From the NCBI GenBank assembly GCA_964016885.1, contig OZ024741.1:3038001-3102000 (forward strand): a stretch of DNA of 64,000 bases. Direction: 5' to 3'. A model generated the notes under the pieces. It worked only from the letters and a program-made list of their open reading frames with translations. It was not told the DNA's origin and did no database searches. The stretch is from Eledone cirrhosa. Taxonomy: Eukaryota. A program made the translations under genes and the position numbers. This document shows positions 25,701 through 38,700 of this stretch, in pieces (the stretch's first letter is position 1; the number at the start of each line of letters is the position of its first letter).

Positions 25701-28700
25701 TCCAGCTCTCCTCACAGTTTCTTCTCTGTAGATTTTCGACTGTCCAGCTCTCTCTCACAGTTTCTTCTCTGAAGACCTTCTACTGTCCAGCCCTCCTCAC
25801 ACTTTCTTTTCTGAAGCCCTTCTACTGTCCAGCTCTCCTCACAGTTTCTTCTCTGAAGACCTTCTACTGTCCAGTTCTCCTCACACTTTCTTCTCTGTAG
25901 ATCTTCTACTGTCCAGCTCTCCTCACACTTTCTTCTCTGAAGACCTTCTACTGTCCAGCTCTCCTCACAGTTTCTTCTCTGAAGTTCTACTACTGTCCAG
26001 CTCTCCTCACATTTTCTGCTCTGAAGACCTTCTGTTGTCCAGCTCTCCTCACAGATTCTTCTCTGAAGACATTCTACTGTCCAGCTCTCCTCACAGCTTC
26101 TTCTCTGAAGACCTTCTGCTGCCCAGCACTCCTCACAGTTTCTTCTCTGAACACCTTCTACTGTCCAGGTCTCCTCACAGTTTCTTCTCTGAAGTCCTTC
26201 TTCTGTCCAGCTCTCCTCACAGTTTCTTCTCTGAAGACCTTCTACTGTCCAGCTCTCCTCACAGTTTCTTCTCTGAAGAGCTTCTACTGTTCAGCTCCCC
26301 TCACAGTTTATTCTCTGTAGATCTTCTACGGTCCAGTTCTCCTCACACTTTCTTCTCTGAAGATCTTCTACTGTCCAGCTCTCGTCACACTTTCTTCTCT
26401 GAAGACTTTCTGCTGTCCAGCTCTCCTCACATTTTCTTCTCTGAAGACCTTCTACTGTCCAGCTCTCCTCACAGTTTCTTCTCTGAAGTTCTACTACTGT
26501 CCAGCTCTCCTCACATTTTCTGCTCTGAAGACCTTCTGTTGTCCAGCTCTCCTCACAGATTCTTCTCTGAAGACATTCTACTGTCCAGCTCTCCTCACAG
26601 TTTCTTCTCTGAAGACCTTCTCCTGTCCAGCTCTCCTCACAGTTTCTTCTCTGAAGACCTACTGCTGTCCAGCTCTCCTCACAGTTTCTTCTCTGAAGAT
26701 CTTCTACTGTCCAGCTCTCCTCACAGTTTCTTCTGTGAAGACCTTCTGCTGTCCAGCTCTCCTCACAGTTTCTTCTCTGAAGACCTTCTACTGTCTAGTT
26801 CTCCAGACACTTTCTTCTCTTAAGACCTTCTACTCTCCAGCTCTCCTCACAGTTTCTTCTATGAAGACCTTCTACTGTCCAGCTCTCCTCACAGTTTCTT
26901 CTCTGAAGACCTTCTACTGTCCAGCTCTCCTCACAGTTTCGTCTCTGAAGAGATTCTACTGTCCAGTTCTCCTAACAGTTTCTTCTCTGAAGTTCTACTA
27001 CTTTCCAGCTCTCCTCAGTTTCTTCTCTGAAGAGCTCCTGCTGACCAGCTCTCCTCACAGTTTCTTCTCTGAAGTCCTTTTACTGTTCATCTCTCCTCAC
27101 AGTTTCTTGTCTGAAGACCTTCTGCTGTATAGCTCTCCTCACACTTTCTTCTCTGAAGACCTTCTACTGTCCAGCTCTCGTCATCATTTCTTCTCTGAAG
27201 ACCTTCTACTGTCCAGCTCTCCTCACAGTATCTTCTCTGTAGATTTTCGACTGTCCAGTTCTCCTCACACTTTCTTCTCCGAAGACCTTCTACTGTCCAG
27301 CTCTTCTCACCGTTTCTTCTCTGAAGACCTTCTACTGTCCAGCTCTCCTCACAGTTTCTTTTCTGAAGCCCTTCTACTGTCCAGCTCTCCTCACAGTTTC
27401 TTTTCTGAAGACCTTCTACTGTCCAGTTCTCCTCACACTTTCTTCTTTGAAGACCTTCTACTGTCCAGCTCTCCTCACACTTTCTTCTCTGTAGATCTTC
27501 TACTGTCCAGCTCTCCTCACACTTTCTTCTCTGAAGACCTTCTACTGTCCAGCTCTCCTCACAGTTTCTTCTCTGAAGTTCTACTACTGTCCAGCTCTCC
27601 TCACATTTTCTGCTCTGAAGACCTTCTGTTGTCCAGCTCTCCTCACAGATTCTTCTCTGAAGACATTCTACTGTCCAGCTCTCCTCACAGCTTCTTCTCT
27701 GAAGACCTTCTCCTGTCCAGCTCTCCTCACACTTTCCTCTCTGAAGACCTACTGCTGTCCAGCTCTCCTCACAGTTTCTTCTATGAAGATCTTCTACTGT
27801 CCAGCTCTCCTCATAATTTCTTCTCTGAAGACCTTCTGCTGTCCAGCTCTCCTCACAGTTTCTTCTCTGAAGACCTTCTACTGTCTAGCTCTCCAGACAC
27901 TTTCTTCTCTGAAGACCTTCTACTGTCCAGCTCTCCTCACAGTTTCTTCTCTGAAGACCTTTTACTGTCCAGCTCTCCTCACAGTTTCGTCTCTGACGTT
28001 CTACTACTTTCCAGCTCTCCTCACAGTTTCTTCTCTGAAGACCTCCTGCTGACCAGCTCTCCTCACAGTTTCTTCTCTGAAGACCTTTTACTGTTCATCT
28101 CTCCTCACAGTTTCTTGTCTGAAGACCTTCTGCTGTATAGCTCTCCTCACACTTTCTTCTCTGAAGACCTTCTACTGTACAGCTCTCCTCACAGTTTCTT
28201 CTCTGAAGACCTTCTACTGTCCAGCTCTCCTCACAGTTTCTTCTCTGAAGAGCTTCTACTGTTAAGCTCCCCTGACAGTTTATTCTCTGAAGATCTTCTA
28301 CTGTCCAGCTCTCCTCACACTTTCTTCTCTGAGGACCTTCTGCTGTCCAGCTCTCCTCACCTTTTCTTCTCTGAAGACCTTCTACTGTCCAGCTCTCCTC
28401 ACAGTTTCTTCTCTGAAGTTCTACTAATGTCCAGGTCTCCTCACATTTTCTACTCTGAAGACCTTCTGTTGTCCAGCTCTCCTCACAGATTCTTCTCTGA
28501 AGAGTTTCTACTGTCCAGCTCTCCTCACAGTTTCTTCTCTGAAGACCTTCTGCTGTCCAGCTCTCCTCACACTTTCTTCTCTGAAGACCTGCTGCTGTCC
28601 TGCTCTCCTCACAGTTTCTTCTTTGAAGATCTTCTACTGTCCAGCTCTCCTCACAGTTTCTTCTGTGAAGACATTCTACTGTCCAGCTCTCCTCATAATT

Positions 28701-31700
28701 TCTTCTCTGAAGACCTTCTACTGTCCAGCTCTCGTCATCATTTCTTCTCTGAAGACCTTCTACTGTCCAGCTCTCCTCACAGTATCTTCTCTGTAGATTT
28801 TCGACTGTCCAGTTCTCCTCACACTTTCTTCTCCGAAGACCTTCTACTGTCCAGCTCTTCTCACAGTTTCTTCTCTGAAGACCTTCTACTGTCCAGCTCT
28901 CCTCACAGTTTCTTTTCTGAAGACCTTCTACTGTCCAGTTCTCCTCACACTTTCTTCTTTGAAGACCTTCTACTGTCCAGCTCTCCTCACACTTTCTTCT
29001 CTGTAGATCTTCTACTGTCCAGCTCTCCTCACACTTTCTTCTCTGAAGACCTTCTACTGTCCAGCTCTCCTCACAGTTTCTTCTCTGAAGTTCTACTACT
29101 GTCCAGCTCTCCTCACATTTTCTGCTCTGAAGACCTTCTGTTGTCCAGCTCTCCTCACAGATTCTTCTCTGAAGACATTCTACTGTCCAGCTCTCCTCAC
29201 AGCTTCTTCTCTGAAGACCTTCTCCTGTCCAGCTCTCCTCACACTTTCCTCTCTGAAGACCTACTGCTGTCCAGCTCTCCTCACAGTTTCTTCTATGAAG
29301 ATCTTCTACTGTCCAGCTCTCCTCATAATTTCTTCTCTGAAGACCTTCTGCTGTCCAGCTATCCTCACAGTTTCTTCTCTGAAGACCTTCTACTGTCTAG
29401 CTCTCCAGACACTTTCTTCTCTTAAGACCTTCTACTCTCCAGCTCTCCTCACAGTTTCTTCTCTGAAGACCTTCTACTGTCCAGCTCTCCTCACAGTTTC
29501 TTCTCTGAAGACCTTTTACTGTCCAGCTCTCCTCACAGTTTCGTCTCTGACGTTCTACTACTTTCCAGCTCTCCTCACAGTTTCTTCTCTGAAGACCTCC
29601 TGCTGACCAGCTCTCCTCACAGTTTCTTCTCTGAAGACCTTTTACTGTTCATCTCTCCTCACAGTTTCTTGTCTGAAGACCTTCTGCTGTATAGCTCTCC
29701 TCACACTTTCTTCTCTGAAGACCTTCTACTGTACAGCTCTCCTCACAGTTTCTTCTCTGAAGACCTTCTACTGTCCAGCTCTCCTCACAGTTTCTTCTCT
29801 GAAGACCTTCTACTGTCCAGCTCTCCTCACAGTTTCTTCTCTGAATACCTTCTGTTGTCCATCTCTCCTCACAGTTTCTTCTCTGAAGACCTTCTACTGT
29901 CCAGCTCTCGTCACAGTTTCTTTTCTGAAGCCCTTCTACTGTCCAGCTCTCCTCACAGATTCTTTTCTGAAGACCTTCTACTGTCCAGTTCTCCTCACAC
30001 TTTCTTCTTTGAAGACCTTCTACTGTCCAGCTCTCCTCACAGTTTCTTCTCTGAAGAGCTTCTACTGTTCAGCTCCCCTCACAGTTTATTCTATGTAGAT
30101 CTTCTACTGTCCAGTTCTACTCACACTTTCTTCTCTGAAGATCTTCTACTGTCCAGCTCTCCTCACACTTTCTTCTCTGAAGACCTTCTGCTGTCCAGCT
30201 CTCCTCACATTTTCTTCTCTGAAGACCTTCTACTGTCCAGCTCTCCTCACATTTTCTGCACTGAAGACCTTCTGTTGTCCAGCTCTCCTCACAGATTCTT
30301 CTCTGAAGACATTCTCCTGTCCAGCTCTCCTCACAGCTTCTTCTCTGAAGACCTTCTCCTGTCCAGCTCTCCTCACACTTTCCTCTCTGAAGATCTTCTA
30401 CTGTCCAGCTCTCCTCACAGTTTCTTCTGTGAAGACCTTCTACTGTCCAGCTCTCCTCATAATTTCTTCTCTGAAGACCTTCTGCTGTCCAGCTCTCGTC
30501 ACAGTTTCTTCTCTGAAGACCTTCTACTGTCTAGCTCTCCAGACAGTTTCTTCTCTTAAGACCTTCTACTCTCCAGCTCTCCTCACAGTTTCTTCTCTGA
30601 AGACCTTCTACTGTCCAGCTATCCTCACAGTTTCTTCTCTGAAGACCTTCTACTGTCCAGCTCTCCTCACAGTTTCGTCTCTGAAGAGATTCTACTGTCC
30701 AGTTCTCCTCACAGTTTCTTCACTGACGTTCTACTACTTTCCAGCTCTCCTCACAGTTTCTTCTCTGAAGTCCTTTTACTGTTCATCTCTCCTCACAGTT
30801 TCTTGTCTGAAGACCTTCTGCTGTATAGCTCTCCTCACACTTTCTTCTCAGAAGACCTTCTACTGTACAGCTCTCCTCACAGTTTCTTCTCTGAAGACCG
30901 TCTACTCTCCAGCTCCCCTCATCATTTCTTCTCTGAAGACCTTCTACTGTCCAGCTCTCCTCACAGTTTCTTCTCTGAAGATCTTCTACTGTCCAGCTCT
31001 CCTCACACTTTCTTCTCTGAAGACCTTCTGCTGTCCAGCTCTCCTCACATTTTCTTCTCTGAAGACCTTCTACTGTCCAGCTCTCCTCACAGTTTCTTCT
31101 GTGAAGACATTCTACTGTCCAGCTCTCCTCATAATTTCTTATCTGAAGAGCTTCTGCTGTCCTGCTCTCCTCACAGTTTCTGCTCTGAAGACCTTCTACT
31201 GTCCAGCTCACCTCACAGTTACTTCTCTGAAGACCTTCTGTTGTCCAGCTCTCCTCACAGTATCTCCTCTGAAGACCTTTTACTGTCCAGCTCTCGTCAT
31301 CATTTCTTCTCTGCAGACCTTCTACTGTCCAGCTCTCCTCACACTTTCTCCTCTGAAGACCTTCTGTTGTCCAGCTCTCCTCACAGATTCTTCTCTGAAC
31401 GCCTTCTACTGTCCAGCTCTCCTCACAGTTTCTTCTCTGAAGTCCTTCTTCTGTCCAGCTCTCCTCACAGTTTCTTTTCTGAAGCCCTTCTACTGTCCAG
31501 CTCTCCTCACATTTTCTTTTCTGAAGACCTTCTACTGTCCAGTTCTCCTCACACTTTCTTCTCTGAAGACCTTCTGCTGTCCAGCTCTCCACACATTTTC
31601 TACTCTGAAGACCTTCTGTTGTCCAGCTCTCCTCACATTTTCTTCTCTGTAGATTTTCGACTGTCCAGTTCTCCTCACACTTTCTTCTCTGAAGACCTAC

Positions 31701-34700
31701 TGCTGTCCAGCTCTCCTCACATTTTCTTCTCTGAAGACCTTCTACTGTCCAGCTCTCCTCACAGTTTCTTCTCTGAAGACATTCTACTGTCTAGCTCTCC
31801 AGACACTTTCTTCTCTTAAGACCTTCTACTCTCCAGCTCTCCTCACAGTTTCTTCTCTGAAGACCTTCTACTGTCCAGCTCTCCTCACAGTTTCTTCTCT
31901 GAAGACCTTCTACTGTCCAGCTCTCCTCACTGTTTTTTCTCTGAAGACCTTCTACTGTTCAGCTCCCCTCACAGTTTATTCTCTGAAGATCTTCTACTGT
32001 CCAGATCTCCTCACAATTTCTTCTCTGAAGACCTTCTACTCTCCAGCTATCCTCACAGTTTCTTCTCTGAAGATCTTCTACTGTCCAGTTCTCCTCACAA
32101 TTTCTTCTCTGAAGACCTTCTGCTGTCCAGTTCTCCTCACATTTTCTTCTCTGAAGACCTTCTACTGTCCAGCTCTCCTCACAGTTTCTTCTCTGAAGTT
32201 CTACTACTGTCCAGCTCTCCTCACATTTTCTGCTCTGAAGACCTTCTGTTGTCCAGCACTCCTCACAGATTCTTCTCTGAAGACATTCTACTGTCCAGCT
32301 CTCCTCATAATTTCTTCTCTAAAGACCTTCTCCTGTCCAGCTCTCCTCACACTTTCTTCCTCTGAAGTTCTACTGCTGTCCAGCTCTCCTCAAATTTTCT
32401 TCTTTGAAGACCTTCTACTGTCCAGCTCTCCTCACAGTTTCTTCTCTGAATACCTTCTGTTGTCCAGCTCTCCTCACAGTTTCTTCTCTGAAGACCTTCT
32501 ACTGTCCAGCTCTCCTGACAGTTTCTTCTCTGAAGACCTTCTACTGTCCAGCTCTCCTCACAGTTTCTTCTCTGAATACCTTCTGTTGTCCATCTCTCCT
32601 CACAGTTTCTTCTCTGAAGACCTTCTACTGTCCAGCTCTCCTCACAGTTTCTTCTCTGAAGACCTTCTACTGTCCAGCTCTCGTCATCATTTCTTCTCTG
32701 CAGACCTTCTACTGTCCAGCTCTCCTCACAGTTTCTTCTCTGTAGATTTTCGACTGTCCAGCTCTCTCTCACAGTTTCTTCTCTGAAGACCTTCTACTGT
32801 CCAGCCCTCCTCACACTTTCTTTTCTGAAGCCCTTCTACTGTCCAGCTCTCCTCACAGTTTCTTCTCTGAAGACCTTCTACTGTCCAGTTCTCCTCACAC
32901 TTTCTTCTCTGTAGATCTTCTACTGTCCAGCTCTCCTCACACTTTCTTCTCTGAAGACCTTCTACTGTCCAGCTCTCCTCACAGTTTCTTCTCTGAAGTT
33001 CTACTACTGTCCAGCTCTCCTCACATTTTCTGCTCTGAAGACCTTTTGTTGTCCAGCTCTCCTCACAGATTCTTCTCTGAAGACATTCTACTGTCCAGCT
33101 CTCCTCACAGCTTCTTCTCTGAAGACCTTCTGCTGCCCAGCACTCCTCACAGTTTCTTCTCTGAACACCTTCTACTGTCCAGGTCTCCTCACAGTTTCTT
33201 CTCTGAAGTCCTTCTTCTGTCCAGCTCTCCTCACAGTTTCTTCTCTGAAGACCTTCTACTGTCCAGCTCTCCTCACAGTTTCTTCTCTGAAGAGCTTCTA
33301 CTGTTCAGCTCCCCTCACAGTTTATTCTCTGTAGATCTTCTACGGTCCAGTTCTCCTCACACTTTCTTCTCTGAAGATCTTCTACTGTCCAGCTCTCGTC
33401 ACACTTTCTTCTCTGAAGACTTTCTGCTGTCCAGCTCTCCTCATATTTTCTTCTCTGAAGACCTTCTACTGTCCAGCTCTCCTCACAGTTTCTTCTCTGA
33501 AGTTCTACTACTGTCCAGCTCTCCTCACATTTTCTGCTCTGAAGACCTTCTGTTGTCCAGCTCTCCTCACAGATTCTTCTCTGAAGACATTCTACTGTCC
33601 AGCTCTCCTCACAGTTTCTTCTCTGAAGACCTTCTCCTGTCCAGCTCTCCTCACAGTTTCTTCTCTGAAGACCTACTGCTGTCCAGCTCTCCTCACAGTT
33701 TCTTCTCTGAAGATCTTCTACTGTCCAGCTCTCCTCACAGTTTCTTCTGTGAAGACCTTCTGCTGTCCAGCTCTCCTCACAGTTTCTTCTCTGAAGACCT
33801 TCTACTGTCTAGTTCTCCAGACACTTTCTTCTCTTAAGACCTTCTACTCTCCAGCTCTCCTCACAGTTTCTTCTATGAAGACCTTCTACTGTCCAGCTCT
33901 CCTCACAGTTTCGTCTCTGAAGAGATTCTACTGTCCAGTTCTCCTAACAGTTTCTTCTCTGAAGTTCTACTACTTTCCAGCTCTCCTCAGTTTCTTCTCT
34001 GAAGAGCTCCTGCTGACCAGCTCTCCTCACAGTTTCTTCTCTGAAGTCCTTTTACTGTTCATCTCTCCTCACAGTTTCTTGTCTGAAGACCTTCTGCTGT
34101 ATAGCTCTCCTCACACTTTCTTCTCTGAAGACCTTCTACTGTCCAGCTCTCGTCATCATTTCTTCTCTGAAGACCTTCTACTGTCCAGCTCTCCTCACAG
34201 TATCTTCTCTGTAGATTTTCGACTGTCCAGTTCTCCTCACACTTTCTTCTCCGAAGACCTTCTACTGTCCAGCTCTTCTCACAGTTTCTTCTCTGAAGAC
34301 CTTCTACTGTCCAGCTCTCCTCACAGTTTCTTTTCTGAAGCCCTTCTACTGTCCAGCTCTCCTCACAGTTTCTTTTCTGAAGACCTTCTACTGTCCAGTT
34401 CTCCTCACACTTTCTTCTTTGAAGACCTTCTACTGTCCAGCTCTCCTCACACTTTCTTCTCTGTAGATCTTCTACTGTCCAGCTCTCCTCACACTTTCTT
34501 CTCTGAAGACCTTCTACCGTCCAGCTCTCCTCACAGTTTCTTCTCTGAAGTTCTACTACTGTCCAGCTCTCCTCACATTTTCTGCTCTGAAGACCTTCTG
34601 TTGTCCAGCTCTCCTCACAGATTCTTCTCTGAAGACATTCTACTGTCCAGCTCTCCTCACAGCTTCTTCTCTGAAGACCTTCTCCTGTCCAGCTCTCCTC

Positions 34701-35725
34701 ACACTTTCCTCTCTGAAGACCTACTGCTGTCCAGCTCTCCTCACAGTTTCTTCTATGAAGATCTTCTACTGTCCAGCTCTCCTCATAATTTCTTCTCTGA
34801 AGACCTTCTGCTGTCCAGCTCTCCTCACAGTTTCTTCTCTGAAGACCTTCTACTGTCTAGCTCTCCAGACACTTTCTTCTCTTAAGACCTTCTACTCTCC
34901 AGCTCTCCTCACAGTTTCTTCTCTGAAGACCTTCTACTGTCCAGCTCTCCTCACAGTTTCTTCTCTGAAGACCTTTTACTGTCCAGCTCTCCTCACAGTT
35001 TCGTCTCTGACGTTCTACTACTTTCCAGCTCTCCTCACAGTTTCTTCTCTGAAGACCTCCTGCTGACCAGCTCTCCTCACAGTTTCTTCTCTGAAGACCT
35101 TTTACTGTTCATCTCTCCTCACAGTTTCTTGTCTGAAGACCTTCTGCTGTATAGCTCTCCTCACACTTTCTTCTCTGAAGACCTTCTACTGTACAGCTCT
35201 CCTCACAGTTTCTTCTCTGAAGACCTTCTACTGTCCAGCTCTCCTCACAGTTTCTTCTCTGAAGAGCTTCTACTGTTAAGCTCCCCTGACAGTTTATTCT
35301 CTGAAGATCTTCTACTGTCCAGCTCTCCTCACACTTTCTTCTCTGAGGACCTTCTGCTGTCCAGCTCTCCTCACCTTTTCTTCTCTGAAGACCTTCTACT
35401 GTCCAGCTCTCCTCACAGTTTCTTCTCTGAAGTTCTACTAATGTCCAGCTCTCCTCACATTTTCTACTCTGAAGACCTTCTGTTGTCCAGCTCTCCTCAC
35501 AGATTCTTCTCTGAAGAGTTTCTACTGTCCAGCTCTCCTCACAGTTTCTTCTCTGAAGACCTTCTGCTGTCCAGCTCTCCTCACACTTTCTTCTCTGAAG
35601 ACCTGCTGCTGTCCTGCTCTCCTCACAGTTTCTTCTTTGAAGATCTTCTACTGTCCAGCTCTCCTCACAGTTTCTTCTGTGAAGACATTCTACTGTCCAG
35701 CTCTCCTCATAATTTCTTCTCTGAA
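22800..35725. repeat. Higher-order duplication, period ~7014 bp (167 monomers): ~22800-28710 vs ~29900-35725
   Basis: Near-identical ORF pairs 23769/30783, 23789/30803, 25333/32347, 25390/32404, 25446/32460 and 26735/33749 are all offset by exactly 7014. Confidence 0.95.
27160..29790. repeat. Nested duplication, offset 1512-1554 bp (36-37 monomers)
   Basis: ORFs 27783/29295 are offset by 1512. Shared variants cagtatcttc, ctccgaag, agctcttctcac, ctatgaagat and gtctctgacgtt. Confidence 0.85.
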
Positions 35726-38700
35726 GACCTTCTGCTGTCCAGCTCTCCTCACAGTTTCTTCTCTGAAGACCTTCTACTGTCCAGCTCACCTCACAGTTTC
35801 TTCTCTGAAGACCTTCTGTTGTCCAGCTCTCCTCACAGTTTCTTCTCTGAAGACCTTTTACTGTCCAGCTCTCGTCATCATTTCTTCTGTGCAGACCTTC
35901 TACTGTCCAGCTCTCCTCACACTTTCTTCTCTGAAGACCTTCTGTTGTCCAGCTCTCCTCACAGATTCTTCTCTGAACGCCTTCTACTGTCCAGCTCTCC
36001 TCACAGTTTCTTCTCTGAAGACCTTCTACTGTCCAGCTCTCCTAACAGTTTCTTCTCTGAAGACCTTCTACTGTCCAGCTCTCCTCACACTTTCTTCTCT
36101 GAAGACCTTCTGTTGTCCAGCTCTCCTCACAGATTCTTCTCTGAACGCCTTCTACTGTCCAGCTCTCCTCACACTTTCTTCTCTGAAGATCTTCTACTGT
36201 CCAGCTCTCCTCACACTTTCTTCTCTGAAGACCTTCTGCTGTCCAGCTCTACTCACATTTTCTTCTCTGCAGACCTTCTACTGTCCAGCTCTCCTCACAC
36301 TTTCTCCTCTGAAGACCTTCTGTTGTCCAGCTCTCCTCACAGATTCTTCTCTGAACGCCTTCTACTGTCCAGCTCTCCTCACAGTTTCTTCTCTGAAGTC
36401 CTTCTTCTGTCCAGCTCTCCTCACAGTTTCTTTTCTAAAGCCCTTCTACTGTCCAGCTCTCCTCACATTTTCTTTTCTGAAGACCTTCTACTGTCCAGTT
36501 CTCCTCACACTTTCTTCTTTGAAGACCTTCTTCTGCCCAGCTCTCCTCACAGTTTCTTCTCTGAAGACCTTCTACTGTCCAGCTCTCCTCACTGTTTCTT
36601 CTCTGAAGACCTTCTACTGTTCAGCTCCCCTCACAGTTTATTCTCTGAAGATCTTCTACTGTCCAGTTCTCCTCACACTTTCTTCTCTGAAGATCTTCTA
36701 CTGTCCAGATCTCCTCACAATTTCTTCTCTGAAGACCTTCTGCTGTCCAGCTCTCCTCACATTTTCTTCTCTGAAGACCTTCTACTGTCCAGCTCTCCTC
36801 ACAGTTTCTTCTCTGATGTTCTACTACTGTCCAGCTCTCCTCACATTTTCTGCTCTGAAGACATTCTGTTGTCCAGCACTCCTCACAGATTCTTCTCTGA
36901 AGACATTCTACTGTCCAGCTCTCCTCATAATTTCTTCTCTAAAGACCTTCTCCTGTCCAGCTCTCCTCACACTTTCTTCCTCTGAAGTTCTACTGCTGTC
37001 CAGCTCTCCTCACATTTTCTTCTTTGAAGACCTTCTACTGTCCAGCTCTCCTCACAGTTTCTTCTCTGAATACCTTCTGTTGTCCAGCTCTCCTCACAGT
37101 TTCTTCTCTGAAGACCTTCTACTGTCCAGCTCTCCTCACAGTTTCTTCTCTGAAGACCTTCTACTGTCCAGCTCTCCTCACAGTTTCTTCTCTGAATACC
37201 TTCTGTTGTCCAGCTCTCCTCAGTTTCTTCTCTGAAGACCTTCTACTGTCCAGCTCTCCTCACAGTTTCTTTTCTGAAGACCTTCTACTGTCCAGCTCTC
37301 GTCATCATTTCTTCTCTGCAGACCTTCTACTGTCCAGCTCTCCTCACAGTTTCTTCTCTGTAGATTTTCGACTGTCCAGCTCTCTCTCACAGTTTCTTCT
37401 CTGAAGACCTTCTACTGTCCAGCCCTCCTCACACTTTCTTTTCTGAAGCCCTTCTACTGTCCAGCTCTCCTCACAGTTTCTTCTCTGAAGACCTTCTACT
37501 GTCCAGTTCTCCTCACACTTTCTTCTTTGAAGACCTTCTACTGTCCAGCTCTCCTCACAGTTTCTTCTCTAAAGACCTACTGTCCCGCTCTCCTTACAGT
37601 TTCTTTTCTGAAGACCTTCTGCTGCCCAGCACTCCTCACAGTTTCTTCTCTGAACACCTTCTACTGTCCAGGTCTCCTCACAGTTTCTTCTCTGAAGTCC
37701 TTCTTCTGTCCAGCTCTCCTCAAAGTTTCTTCTCTGAAGACCTTCTACTGTCCAGCTCTCCTCACAGTTTCTTCTCTGAAGAGCTTCTACTGTTCAGCTC
37801 CCCTCACAGTTTATTCTCTGTAGATCTTCTACAGTCCAGTTCTCCTCACACTTTCTTCTCTGAAGATCTTCTACTGTCCAGCTCTCGTCACACTTTCTTC
37901 TCTGAAGACTTTCTGCTGTCCAGCTCTCCTCACATTTTCTTCTCTGAAGACCTTCTACTATCCAGCTCTCCTCACAGTTTCTTCTCTGAAGTTCTACTAC
38001 TGTCCAGCTCTCCTCACATTTTCTGCTCTGAAGACCTTCTGTTGTCCAGCTCTCCTCACAGATTCTTCTCTGAAGACATTCTACTGTCCAGCTCTCCTCA
38101 CAGTTTCTTCTCTGAAGACCTTCTCCTGTCCAGCTCTCCTCACAGTTTCTTCTCTGAAGACCTACTGCTGTCCAGCTCTCCTCACACTTTCTTCTCTTAA
38201 GACCTTCTACTCTCCAGCTCTCCTCACAGTTTCTTCTATGAAGACCTTCTACTGTCCAGCTCTCCTCACAGTTTCTTCTCTGAAGACCTTCTACTGTCCA
38301 GCTCTCCTCACAGTTTCGTCTCTGAAGAGATTCTACTGTCCAGTTCTCCTAACAGTTTCTTCTCTGAAGTTCTACTACTTTCCAGCTCTCCTCAGTTTCT
38401 TCTCTGAAGAGTTCCTGCTGACCAGCTCTCCTCACAGTTTCTTCTCTGAAGTCCTTTTACTGTTCATCTCTCCTCACAGTTTCTTGTCTGAAGACCTTCT
38501 GCTGTATAGCTCTCCTCACACTTTCTTCTCTGAAGACCTTCTACTGTACAGCTCTCCTCACGGTTTCTTCTCTGAAGACCTTCTACTGTCCAGCTCTCCT
38601 CACAGTTTCTTCTCTGAAGACCTTCTACTGTCCAGCTCTCGTCATCATTTCTTCTCTGCAGACCTTCTACTGTCCAGCTCTCCTCACAGTTTCTTCTCTG

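Noticed and set aside
25340-27020. Compensating indels (+1 at ~25345, +1 at ~25751, -2 at ~27016) restoring 42-bp phase, suggesting selection on register
   Set aside because: Related copies at 37-39 kb and other regions accumulate uncompensated -1, -2 and -3 indels, so the net zero is most simply chance.
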